Positions 8,575 to 16,945 of a stretch of 32,000 bases of DNA are shown here, in pieces. A program made the translations under genes and the position numbers. Origin of the DNA: Corynebacterium amycolatum (GTDB lineage: Bacteria; Actinomycetota; Actinomycetes; Mycobacteriales; Mycobacteriaceae); NCBI RefSeq assembly GCF_049243625.1, contig NZ_CP046975.1, one strand, 5' to 3'. The notes below the pieces were generated by a model. That model was not told where the DNA came from. It saw only the letters and a list, made by a program, of their open reading frames with translations, and made no database searches. Positions within the stretch are counted from its first letter, which is position 1. The number at the start of each line of letters is the position of its first letter.

Positions 8575-9309
8575 GTGTCGAACAAGACCGATTCGCAGGC
8601 CGAGCAGCAGGCAGCACAGCAAGCCACACCGCAGGCAGCACCGCAGGCCGCGCAGCCGGTACAGCCGGAGAATCAGGCAGCTAAGCGTGCGACAAAGCAC
8701 GCCAAGACCACGGTTGTGCATCTCGTCCGCCACGGCGAGGTTTATAACCCGGATAAGATTCTCTACGGACGTCTGCCCGGCTGGCACCTGTCAGAGCGTG
8801 GTCAGCGCCAGGCAGCGGCCACGGCCTCGTCCTTCGAAGGCCACGACATCCGCTACTTCGCCTGCTCTCCACTGCAGCGCACGCAGGAAACATCACGGCC
8901 ATTCACCGAGGTAATCGGCACGAAGCCAATCCTGGATGAAGATTTGCTAGAGGCGGGTAACTCCTTTGAGGGGTTGCACATCAAGGGCATTGACTCCGCA
9001 CTGTGGAATCCGAAGTACTGGCCACGGCTGCGTCGTCCGAGCGTGCCCAGCTGGGGCGAGCCCTACGAGGAGATTGCGGACCGCATGTTCCATGCCATCG
9101 AGCGAGCCCGCGAGGCCGCCGAGGGAGCGGAAGCGGTGCTGGTGACCCACCAGCTGTGCATCATTGCCGCTCAGCGTCGTGCGCGGTACTTGAAGCTCGC
9201 GCACAACCCGGCAAACAGGCAGTGTGATCTGGCGAGCGTGACCTCCTTAATCTTCGTCGGAGACACCATTGTCGACGTGCGTTACAGTGAGCCGGCAAGT
9301 CACCTGTAA
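8575..9309 (+). CDS. Histidine phosphatase family protein (phosphoglycerate mutase-like)
   Basis: RHGE motif (VHLVRHGEVYNP) and LSERGQRQA. It sits directly after hemL; I recall a phosphoglycerate mutase-family gene (Rv0525) at this position in M. tuberculosis. GTG start. The N-terminus is a Gln/Ala/Pro-rich low-complexity stretch. Confidence 0.8.
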   Translation: MSNKTDSQAEQQAAQQATPQAAPQAAQPVQPENQAAKRATKHAKTTVVHLVRHGEVYNPDKILYGRLPGWHLSERGQRQAAATASSFEGHDIRYFACSPLQRTQETSRPFTEVIGTKPILDEDLLEAGNSFEGLHIKGIDSALWNPKYWPRLRRPSVPSWGEPYEEIADRMFHAIERAREAAEGAEAVLVTHQLCIIAAQRRARYLKLAHNPANRQCDLASVTSLIFVGDTIVDVRYSEPASHL

Positions 9310-9362
9310 GGTGAATAAATAGTTTTGTTGAAGTTTCACTGACCCCGGAAGGTGGCACCCAG

Positions 9363-9977
9363 GTGGCCAAGGTCTCATCGTCCCGAATTGCAGCAACGCT
9401 GGTGGCAGCAACTCTGTCTCTGTCGCTCGCGGCATGTAACCCCGGAGAGTCGGTGGGACACGACGCCGTCGCCGTTGGCGGTCAGTTCGAGTTTGTTTCT
9501 CCGGGTGGTCAGCAAATCATTGACTACGCACCAGAGGAGCGCAAGCCGGTCGGCAATGTCTTCGGTCCTTCTCTCGAGGACGATGACAAGGAAATCTCTC
9601 TTGATGACTTCAAAGACCAGATTGTGGTTCTGAACGCCTGGGGCCAGTGGTGCGCACCGTGCCGCTCCGAGTCTGATGACCTGCAGTACGTTCAGGAACA
9701 GATGGAAGAGCAGGGAATCGGCACCGTCCTCGGCATTAACGTCCGCGACAACGTCCGCCAAGCTCCAATCGACTTTGTGAAGGACAACGGCATCACCTAC
9801 CCGTCGATCTATGACCCGGCTTTCGTCAACGCCGGTGCACTCGGCGGCATCCCGGCGTCGGTGATTCCGACGACCATCATCCTGGACAAGCAGCACCGCC
9901 CGGCGAAGGTATTCCTCCGCGAGGTCGATCACACGATGCTGATGAAGGCTGTCGATGAAGTGAAGGCGGAGGGCTAG
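9363..9977 (+). CDS. Thioredoxin-like thiol-disulfide oxidoreductase lipoprotein (ResA/TlpA/CcsX type) for cytochrome c maturation
   Basis: Signal peptide with lipobox LSLAAC, the redox motif WGQWCAPCRSE (CxxC), and a position immediately upstream of ccdA-resB-ccsA. Confidence 0.85.
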   Translation: MAKVSSSRIAATLVAATLSLSLAACNPGESVGHDAVAVGGQFEFVSPGGQQIIDYAPEERKPVGNVFGPSLEDDDKEISLDDFKDQIVVLNAWGQWCAPCRSESDDLQYVQEQMEEQGIGTVLGINVRDNVRQAPIDFVKDNGITYPSIYDPAFVNAGALGGIPASVIPTTIILDKQHRPAKVFLREVDHTMLMKAVDEVKAEG

Positions 9978-9985
9978 GCCCCGGC

Positions 9986-10861
9986 ATGGGAACTTTTGCC
10001 ATGGACACGATCTATTTTGCCGATGGCATCGGCCAGCAGTTCGCCGACGTCGCCACCGGCGGTCCCATTGTGTTGGGGCTGCTCGCCGCTGCACTGGCCG
10101 GTCTCGTCTCCTTCGCTAGCCCGTGCGTTATCCCGCTTGTGCCAGGTTATGTCTCCTATCTCACCGGTATTTCCGGAGCATCGGGGGCGCAGGGCAACGG
10201 CGTGACGACGGGAGTTGCGGACGCAACCTCCGTCGATAAGCATGACGGCGATGGAGGTCGTGGCCAGCGTTCCTCAACAGCCCGCGTCGGCCTGGCCGCG
10301 TTGCTGTTCGTGTTGGGTTTTACTGTCATTTTCGTGCTGGGGTCGGCCTCGATTTTCGGGCTCGTGTCCACGTTGCGTCTGCAGGCGCGCACGCTGACGA
10401 TTGTCGGTGGCGTGGTGACCATCGTGATGGGGCTTGCCTTCATGGGCATGGTGCCAGCGCTGCAGAAAGACACCCGCATGGCGCCGAAGCGCTGGACCAC
10501 CTGGCTGGGAGCGCCACTGCTCGGCGCGGTGTTCGCGCTGGGGTGGACGCCGTGTCTGGGCCCGACGCTGACTGCAATTATTTCGGTGTCCGCAGGTACA
10601 CAGGGCATGACTGCGGCCAGGGGAGTGGCGCTGATTATCGCTTACTGCCTGGGGCTGGGGCTGCCGTTCATTTTGGTGGCGCTGGGGTCGGCACGTGCGA
10701 TGCGGGGAGTGGACTTCCTGCGTAAGCACTCGCGAACCATTCAGCTCATCGGTGGTGTGGCGCTGGTGCTGGTCGGAATTGCCCTGGTCACGGGACTGTG
10801 GGATGTTTTTGTTGCCTGGGTTCAGGCCGCTTTTATTACTGATACGGTAACGCCAATTTAG
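9986..10861 (+). CDS. ccdA: Cytochrome c biogenesis thiol-reductant transporter CcdA (DsbD-family membrane protein)
   Basis: Two conserved Cys-containing TM motifs, FASPCVIPLVPGY and GWTPCLGPTL. A multi-TM protein in the System II context. Confidence 0.85.
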   Translation: MGTFAMDTIYFADGIGQQFADVATGGPIVLGLLAAALAGLVSFASPCVIPLVPGYVSYLTGISGASGAQGNGVTTGVADATSVDKHDGDGGRGQRSSTARVGLAALLFVLGFTVIFVLGSASIFGLVSTLRLQARTLTIVGGVVTIVMGLAFMGMVPALQKDTRMAPKRWTTWLGAPLLGAVFALGWTPCLGPTLTAIISVSAGTQGMTAARGVALIIAYCLGLGLPFILVALGSARAMRGVDFLRKHSRTIQLIGGVALVLVGIALVTGLWDVFVAWVQAAFITDTVTPI

Positions 10862-10876
10862 TGAAAGATTTCTTCG

Positions 10877-12565
10877 ATGTCGGTGAATTGGAATAAGGTA
10901 CGACAGCCCTTCCAGCAGGTCTGGAACTGGTTGACCAGCATGCGCACGGCGCTGATTCTGCTGTTCATTCTCGCTTTCGCAGCGGTTCCGGGTGCCCTGT
11001 TGCCGCAGCGCTCGCTGAATAAGGACAAGGTCGACCAGTATCTTGCCGCCAACGGCAAGACCGCCGAGATCATGGATAAGCTGCAGCTTTTCGATGTCTT
11101 CTCGTCCGTCTGGTTCGTCGCCATCGTGGCATTGCTACTGATTTCCCTGGTCGGCTGCATTATTCCGCGCACCATCGACCACTACAAGGCCATGAAAACG
11201 CCGCCGGCTAGGGCGCCGAAACGGTTGGCGCGTCTTCCGCTTCACGACGAAGCCGTCGTCGATGCCCCCGCGGACGAAGTTTCTAAGCGGGTGCGTGAGC
11301 GCCTGAACAAGTGGGCATTGACCGAAACCCCAGCAGATGAAGACCGCGCCGGGGCACGCTCCTTTTCTGCAGAGAAGGGCTACCTGCGCGAGTTCGGCAA
11401 CCTGGTATTCCACCTGGGCATTGCGCTGCTGATTATCATCGTCGGCTTGGGCCGCATGATTTATTACGAGGGCCAGGTCATTTTGCTGACCAACACCGGC
11501 ACCGAAATTTCTGATGACAACGTCAACAGCGCGGTGGTCGTTCCGTTCTGTAACACCGCAGCGGCAAACTATGACTCGCTGCGCTCGGGCAACACCTTCG
11601 ACGGTACGACTCTGAACCCGTTCTGTATTCAGGTGGAGGACTTTGCCGCCGATTACCTGCCGAACGGCCAGGCCAAGATGTTCACCTCGCACATCCGATT
11701 CGCAGAAGAAGAGGATATGCGTAAGCCTGTCGATGAGTGGGAGAAGACCACGCTGCAGGTCAACCACCCTCTGCGCATCGCCGGTGACCGCGTCTACCTG
11801 CAGGGGCACGGCTTTGCCCCGGCCTTTAAGGTGACCTGGCCGAATGGTGAGTCGCGTACGTCGATTGTCCAGTTCCGCCCGGATGACCCGACCTTCTTCC
11901 TATCCTCGGGTGCGCTGCGTTTCGACCCACCGGCGGGCATGTACCCGGACTTGTTCGAGCGCCGCCAGAACCAGATTGCAATCGAGGGCCTGTTCGCCCC
12001 GACCGCTGAGTTCACTGGCGAAAAGGGTGCCCTGCTGCAGTCCTCCTACCCGGCTATGCAAGACCCGGCGGTGGCTGTCGATATCTACCGTGGCGACGCG
12101 GGCCTGGACACTGGTCGCTCGCAGGGCCTGTTCTCCCTCGACCGCGACCTGATGCACTCGGGTCAGCTGGCTAAGGAAGCCCGCGTCAACCTCAAACAGG
12201 GCGAATCCACCGAGCTTGCCGACGGCACCAAGATTGAATTCCTCGGTGCGAAGGAATTCGTCAACTTGCAGGTTTCGCACGATCCCACGCAGTTCTGGGT
12301 GCTGGTGGCAACTGTGGCCGCACTGGCGGGCATGGTGATGTCGCTGGGTATTAAACGCCGGCGTGTTTGGGTGCGCATGTTCCCGCTGGAAGATGGCCGC
12401 ACTCGCGTTGAGTTCGGTGGCCTGGCCCGCACTGACAAGGCCGGTTGGGGCGAGGAGTTCCAGTACATCGTTGACGACATCCTGGAACGTGACAGTGATG
12501 ACGAGGATGCTGCCGACAACAATACTGCGACCAACGAGAGCGCGGACAACAAGGCCAAAAGCTAA
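10877..12565 (+). CDS. resB: Cytochrome c biogenesis protein ResB (Ccs1/CcsB)
   Basis: The N-terminal LTSMRTALILLFILAFAAVPGALLPQR is the ResB signature. It has a large extracytoplasmic domain and a C-terminal TM, and lies between ccdA and ccsA. Confidence 0.85.
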   Translation: MSVNWNKVRQPFQQVWNWLTSMRTALILLFILAFAAVPGALLPQRSLNKDKVDQYLAANGKTAEIMDKLQLFDVFSSVWFVAIVALLLISLVGCIIPRTIDHYKAMKTPPARAPKRLARLPLHDEAVVDAPADEVSKRVRERLNKWALTETPADEDRAGARSFSAEKGYLREFGNLVFHLGIALLIIIVGLGRMIYYEGQVILLTNTGTEISDDNVNSAVVVPFCNTAAANYDSLRSGNTFDGTTLNPFCIQVEDFAADYLPNGQAKMFTSHIRFAEEEDMRKPVDEWEKTTLQVNHPLRIAGDRVYLQGHGFAPAFKVTWPNGESRTSIVQFRPDDPTFFLSSGALRFDPPAGMYPDLFERRQNQIAIEGLFAPTAEFTGEKGALLQSSYPAMQDPAVAVDIYRGDAGLDTGRSQGLFSLDRDLMHSGQLAKEARVNLKQGESTELADGTKIEFLGAKEFVNLQVSHDPTQFWVLVATVAALAGMVMSLGIKRRRVWVRMFPLEDGRTRVEFGGLARTDKAGWGEEFQYIVDDILERDSDDEDAADNNTATNESADNKAKS

Positions 12566-12605
12566 CTGACCACTAAGCCTGGTCCATCCCTGCCACAGGC
12601 TGAAT

Positions 12606-12642
12606 GCGCGGAGGCGGAAAATGCGCCTCCGCGCAACTTTTT
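12606..12642 (+). terminator. Rho-independent terminator downstream of resB
   Basis: An 11-bp perfect GC-rich stem, gcgcggaggcg (12606-12616) paired with cgcctccgcgc (12624-12634), with a 7-nt loop, followed by aacTTTTT (12635-12642). It lies 40 nt after the resB stop. Confidence 0.6.
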
Positions 12643-12740
12643 GCGTCCCCCGTGTCTCCGGTCCCCTTTTGCTTAGTCCCGCTTTAGTACTAGGGTTTGA
12701 AGAAGTATTCCGCTAATTCCACATTTTTGGAGCCAAGTAC

Positions 12741-13751
12741 ATGCTCGTCAATAAGACACTGGCGCAGTTTTCGGACTGGTCGTACTTCACGGCCTTCGCC
12801 TTTTATCTTGTGGCCTTTGTTGTATCCATTGCCTACTACAGCCGTCGTATCGCGACCGCTGAAGCTAAGAGCCAGGTTGCGGAGCGCGAGCTGGTAGCCG
12901 CCGGTGCTGGTGATGGAGCTACCACCGCTAGTGTCGCTGACTCGGGGGAGTCGGAGACGAAGGCGTCGGCAAGCGAGCCTAGGAACCAAGCGCTGACGAA
13001 CCGACTCGGCGTTGTGACGGAAATGCTGATTTACGTCGGTGTAGCCGTGCACTTTGCATCGGTGCTATTGCGTGGCCTGGCCGTGCAGCGTTTCCCGTGG
13101 GGCAACCTCTACGAGTACGTATCAGTTTCAATCCTCTTTGCTATGGCAATTGCAGCTGGCGTACTGCATCGTGAGGCCATGCGCGTGTTCTGGCCGTGGA
13201 TGCTGGCACCGATTCTGGCGCTGATGTTCTACGGGGGTAAGAACCTATATGTTGAGGCTGCTCCAGTGGTGCCGGCACTGCAGTCGATTTGGATTCCGAT
13301 TCACGTCTCGATTATTTCTATCGGCTGCAGTATTGCACTGATTTCCGGTGTCGCGTCGATTCTCTACATGCTGCGGATGTACAACCGCAAGGACAACGAA
13401 AAGGGTTTCCTGGGCAAGCTGGTCGCGCCGCTGCCGGACGCGCAGAAGTTGGATGCAATTGCTTACCGCACCGCTATTTGGTCTTTCCCGTTGTTCGGTC
13501 TGGGCATTGTGCTGGGCGCTATTTGGGCGGAGTCCGCATGGGGCCGCTACTGGGGCTGGGATCCGAAGGAGACCACGGCTCTGATTACCTGGATTATCTA
13601 CGCTCTGTACCTGCACGCTCGCGCGACCTCGGGTTGGCGTAATACCAAAGCCGCGTGGATTAATATCTTCGGTTTCGCGACCATGGTGTTCAACCTCTTC
13701 TTCATCAATATGGTGGTTTCGGGTCTGCACTCGTACGCTGGCCTGAACTAA
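12741..13751 (+). CDS. ccsA: Cytochrome c biogenesis heme-handling protein CcsA (ResC)
   Basis: Trp-rich WWD motif WGRYWGWDPKETTALITW. A multi-TM protein with a GGAG about 10 nt upstream of the ATG. Confidence 0.9.
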   Translation: MLVNKTLAQFSDWSYFTAFAFYLVAFVVSIAYYSRRIATAEAKSQVAERELVAAGAGDGATTASVADSGESETKASASEPRNQALTNRLGVVTEMLIYVGVAVHFASVLLRGLAVQRFPWGNLYEYVSVSILFAMAIAAGVLHREAMRVFWPWMLAPILALMFYGGKNLYVEAAPVVPALQSIWIPIHVSIISIGCSIALISGVASILYMLRMYNRKDNEKGFLGKLVAPLPDAQKLDAIAYRTAIWSFPLFGLGIVLGAIWAESAWGRYWGWDPKETTALITWIIYALYLHARATSGWRNTKAAWINIFGFATMVFNLFFINMVVSGLHSYAGLN

Positions 13752-13802
13752 GCTTTCATACTTGTACAAGCCGGTATCGCCGGGTGAACTAGAATCGCTT
13801 CC

Positions 13803-14795
13803 ATGCGTGTTCTCGTCACCGGTGGTGCCGGCTTTATTGGTTCCAACTTTGTCCTCCGTACTCTGGCCACGCGGCCGGATGTGAATGTCACGGTGCTGGA
13901 CGCTTTCACCTATGCCGCGAACCCTGCGAGCTTGGAAGGCGCGGACTGTGAAATCATCCGCGGCGATGTTCGTGACGCGGAGCTGATCGATCGCCTCGTG
14001 CCCCGCTTCGACGCCGTCGTCCACTTCGCCGCCGAGAGCCATAACGACAACTCGCTAGTGGATGCCGATCCCTTCGTCACCACCAACGTCATGGGCACTG
14101 TGAATCTGGCGAAGGCCTGCGCCACCCACGATGTTCGCCTCCACCACATCTCCACAGACGAGGTCTTTGGCGATCTCGCTCTCGACGACCCAGCACGCTT
14201 TACGACGGCCACCTCGTACAAACCCTCCAGCCCCTATTCGGCCTCCAAGGCGTCTGCGGACCACTTTGTCCGGGCTTGGGTACGTAGCTTTGGACTGGCT
14301 GCGACTATTAGTAACTGCTCGAATAATTACGGCCCGCGGCAGCATCCGGAGAAACTGATTCCTCGGCAGATTTGTGGTCTGCTGCGCGGTCGTAGCCCTC
14401 GCGTGTACGGCACCGGCGAGAATATTCGGGACTGGATTCACGTCGATGACCACAACGATGCGGTCTGGACAATCCTGGATTTCGGCGAGGTGGGGGAGAC
14501 CTACCTCATCGGTGCCGATGGTGAGCGTTCCAACCTCGACGTGGTCGGAGACATCCTGGAGGGATTCGGGCGTGAGCGATCCGATTTCGTTCATGTCACT
14601 GACCGCCCGGGGCATGACCGTCGTTATGCGATTGATCCTGCATCCATCCGCAGCCTTGGCTGGCAGCCGCGCTACCAAGACTTTTCCGCAGGCCTCGCCG
14701 AGACCATCGACTGGTATCGCGCCAACGAGTCCTGGTGGGCTGCGGCCTATGATGCCGCTGAGGCTGGCTACGCTGAGCGCGAGCAGGAGTTGTAG
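13803..14795 (+). CDS. rmlB: dTDP-glucose 4,6-dehydratase
   Basis: MRVLVTGGAGFIGSNF Rossmann motif, the catalytic YSASKASADHFVRAW (YxxxK), and SNNYGPRQHPEKLIP, typical of RmlB. Confidence 0.92.
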   Translation: MRVLVTGGAGFIGSNFVLRTLATRPDVNVTVLDAFTYAANPASLEGADCEIIRGDVRDAELIDRLVPRFDAVVHFAAESHNDNSLVDADPFVTTNVMGTVNLAKACATHDVRLHHISTDEVFGDLALDDPARFTTATSYKPSSPYSASKASADHFVRAWVRSFGLAATISNCSNNYGPRQHPEKLIPRQICGLLRGRSPRVYGTGENIRDWIHVDDHNDAVWTILDFGEVGETYLIGADGERSNLDVVGDILEGFGRERSDFVHVTDRPGHDRRYAIDPASIRSLGWQPRYQDFSAGLAETIDWYRANESWWAAAYDAAEAGYAEREQEL

Positions 14796-14801
14796 TTCTG
14801 A

Positions 14802-14846
14802 TTGGGCTGGTTTGGGTTGGTTGGGTTGGTTTGGGTTGGTTGGGCT
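14802..14846. repeat. G/T-rich microsatellite-like tandem repeat (alternating 9- and 10-bp units: TTGGGYTGG / TTTGGGTTGG)
   Basis: Read directly: ttgggctgg tttgggttgg ttgggttgg tttgggttgg ttgggct. It starts 7 bp after the rmlB stop. Confidence 0.9.
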
Positions 14847-14857
14847 CTGCCTAGCCA

Positions 14858-14893
14858 GCACCCCGGTTACTTGGTGCACCCCGGTTACTTGGT
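14858..14893. repeat. Perfect 18-bp tandem duplication (gcaccccggttacttggt x2)
   Basis: 14858-14875 and 14876-14893 are identical. Confidence 0.95.
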
Positions 14894-14977
14894 ACGCCCC
14901 ATGCGTCACTTCAGCCACGCCTGCAATATAGTTCCCATGCGCACCAGGTAAAGGGCTCAAAACAGGCCCAAAATACC

Positions 14978-15067
14978 CAGACTCGCATGTTTGGTGGCAT
15001 TTTCGGGCTTTTGGGTGAATCTGACCTGGGAGTTTCTAATCTGAAGCCCACCAAACATGCGAGTCTG
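14978..15067. repeat. Hairpin A: 20-bp perfect inverted repeat with a 50-nt loop
   Basis: cagactcgcatgtttggtgg (14978-14997) is the exact reverse complement of ccaccaaacatgcgagtctg (15048-15067). Confidence 0.95.
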
Positions 15068-15150
15068 CGTCAAAACACCCCTTGTGAATGTCGTTAAACG
15101 TTGTTTTCGTATTCAGGATTAACAAATAAGCCTCAAATTCGGGCCATTTT

Positions 15151-15246
15151 CCCTAAGGTCTCGACTTGTGTGGGCTTCAGATTAGAAACTCCCAGGTCAA
15201 GAAGTGTGGATTCACTTAAAAGGGCACACAAATCGAGACCTTAGGG
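15151..15246. repeat. Hairpin C: 22-bp inverted repeat (21/22) with a 52-nt loop
   Basis: ccctaaggtctcgacttgtgtg (15151-15172) against cacacaaatcgagaccttaggg (15225-15246), with one C/A mismatch. Confidence 0.95.
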
Positions 15247-15359
15247 CAACAACCCCCGCATGAATGCCGTTAAGCGCTAATTTCGGCTCGGCGACTACCC
15301 AGCTCACACCCAACCCACCACCAGCCCGAACCCGTCCCTCGCGTCTACACTTGTTACCC

Positions 15360-16049
15360 ATGAGCCCTGAGAGCACATTCCAGCCCACTTCCATCGACGG
15401 CGTTTTCACCTTCGAGCCGGTCATCCACGGCGACAGCCGCGGTAGTTTCCACGAGTGGTATCGCCTCGACGCATTCGCCGAGGCCACGGGCTACCCGTTC
15501 TTTCCGGAGCAGGCCAACATGAGTGTCTCCGCGGCGGGCGTTGTCCGTGGCCTTCACTTCGCCGACGTCAGCACCGCGCCAGATGGTCATCCCGGCCAGG
15601 CGAAGCTGGTCACCTGTCCCGCGGGCCATATCCTCGACATCGCGGTTGACCTGCGTCGCGGCTCTGACGCATTCGGCAAGGTTGAGGTCTTCGAGCTCGA
15701 CAGCAAGACCCGCCGAGTGGTCTATCTGCCCAACGGCATCGGACATGGTTTCGTCTCGCTTGCCGACGACTCCGTGCTCACCTACCTCACTTCCACCGGC
15801 TACAATCCGGAGGCTGAACGCGCTGTTAGCATCCAGGACCCGACGCTGGGAATCGACTTGGCCGCGTTGCTGGCCAAGGGTGGTCTCACCGAAGCGGACA
15901 TGATTCTCTCCGAGCGCGATCAGAAGGCCCCGACGATCGAGCAGTTCGAGGCGCAGGGCAATAAGCTCCCCAGTGAGTTTGACTGCAAGGACCTCGAAAA
16001 CATGGCTCGCGACGAGTGGGCAATCGCCAACGAAGCGGCCGGGCAGTAA
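15360..16049 (+). CDS. rmlC: dTDP-4-dehydrorhamnose 3,5-epimerase with a C-terminal extension of about 45 aa
   Basis: [38 protein letters not shown] and [10 protein letters not shown] are RmlC cupin motifs. I prefer the ATG at 15360. The track start at 15264 adds 32 aa that read through the repeat region. Confidence 0.85.
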   Translation: MSPESTFQPTSIDGVFTFEPVIHGDSRGSFHEWYRLDAFAEATGYPFFPEQANMSVSAAGVVRGLHFADVSTAPDGHPGQAKLVTCPAGHILDIAVDLRRGSDAFGKVEVFELDSKTRRVVYLPNGIGHGFVSLADDSVLTYLTSTGYNPEAERAVSIQDPTLGIDLAALLAKGGLTEADMILSERDQKAPTIEQFEAQGNKLPSEFDCKDLENMARDEWAIANEAAGQ

Positions 16050-16069
16050 GGCAGAAAGGCGCGAGCACT

Positions 16070-16945
16070 ATGAAGGGCATCATCCTCGCAGGTGGCACGG
16101 GCTCTCGGCTGTTTCCAATCACGCTTGGTGTCAGCAAGCAGCTGGTTCCCGTCTATGACAAGCCCATGATCTACTACCCGCTGAGCACGCTGATGCTCGC
16201 GGGAATCAGGGACATCCTCGTCATCACCACGCCACATGATGCCCCGCAGTTTGAGCGCCTACTTGACGACGGCTCGCAGTGGGGTCTCAACCTCACCTTT
16301 GCCACCCAAGACGAGCCCCGTGGTCTCGCGGAAGCATTCATCATCGGTGCTGACCACATCGGCGATGATTCCGTTGCGCTCATCCTCGGCGACAACATCT
16401 TCTACGGCGCCGGCCTGGGCACACAGCTGCGCCGCTTCCATGACGTCGATGGCGGAGCAATCTTCGCCTACTGGGTCGCAGATCCCACCGCCTATGGAGT
16501 CGTGGACTTCGACCAAAGCGGCAAGGCCGTGGCGATTCAGGAGAAGCCGAAGAAACCACGCAGCCACTTCGCGGTGCCTGGATTGTACTTTTATGACGCC
16601 GATGTTGTTGAAATAGCTCGCTCGCTGCAACCGTCGTCACGCGGCGAATTGGAAATCACGGATGTTAACCGCGCCTACTTGGAGCGTGGAAAACTGCAGG
16701 TAGAGGTGCTGCCGCGCGGCACGGCGTGGCTGGATACCGGCACGGTGGACAATCTGATGGCCGCGGGCGATTTCGTGCGCACGATTGAGCAGCGCCAGGG
16801 GCTAAAGATTGGCTCGCCGGAAGAGGTGGCTTGGCGCATGGGATTCATCGACGATGCAGCGCTTAGCGCGCGTGCCGACGCCCTCAGCGCCAGCGGCTAC
16901 GGGGAGTACCTGCAGCAGTTGTTGCTGCGAGGCAAAGACGTTTAG
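16070..16945 (+). CDS. rmlA: Glucose-1-phosphate thymidylyltransferase
   Basis: [18 protein letters not shown] (the GxGxRL nucleotidyltransferase motif), [16 protein letters not shown] and [11 protein letters not shown] at 16070, 20 bp after rmlC. Confidence 0.92.
   Translation: MKGIILAGGTGSRLFPITLGVSKQLVPVYDKPMIYYPLSTLMLAGIRDILVITTPHDAPQFERLLDDGSQWGLNLTFATQDEPRGLAEAFIIGADHIGDDSVALILGDNIFYGAGLGTQLRRFHDVDGGAIFAYWVADPTAYGVVDFDQSGKAVAIQEKPKKPRSHFAVPGLYFYDADVVEIARSLQPSSRGELEITDVNRAYLERGKLQVEVLPRGTAWLDTGTVDNLMAAGDFVRTIEQRQGLKIGSPEEVAWRMGFIDDAALSARADALSASGYGEYLQQLLLRGKDV

Larger units (their letters stand above)
14951..15290. repeat. Two diverged tandem units of about 176 bp, each containing a long hairpin. 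The loop cores are identical but inverted relative to each other.
   Basis: The flanks repeat directly with a 176-bp period (14953 vs 15129; 15085-15109 vs 15261-15285, 20/25 identical). The 30-nt core at 15022-15051 is the exact reverse complement of 15170-15199. Confidence 0.85.

Noticed and set aside
7068-8627. 519-aa ORF on the minus strand covering all of hemL
   Set aside because: It is antisense to a gene with unmistakable HemL motifs. Its translation is Arg/Gly/Cys-rich and low in complexity, with no motif. This is a typical shadow ORF of a high-GC genome, where stop codons are rare.
8581-8680. CAG/GCA-rich imperfect repeats at the 5' end of the histidine phosphatase gene
   Set aside because: They encode an in-frame Gln/Ala/Pro low-complexity N-terminus. 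There is no evidence of an independent element, so they are treated as a disordered leader of the protein.
14055-14960. 301-aa minus-strand ORF running from the repeat region into rmlB
   Set aside because: Most of it is antisense to rmlB. Its N-terminal part merely translates the tandem repeats (HQVTGVHQVTGV, NPNQPNQPKP).
14802-15290. CRISPR array as an explanation for the repeats between rmlB and rmlC
   Set aside because: There are only two copies of each longer repeat. The copies are inverted or diverged rather than regularly spaced direct repeats with unique spacers, and no cas genes are present in the window.
15264-15359. Track start of the rmlC ORF at 15264 (32 extra N-terminal residues)
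   Set aside because: The extension reads through the second hairpin unit's tail and the Pro-rich CCCA repeat. RmlC homology begins right after the ATG at 15360.
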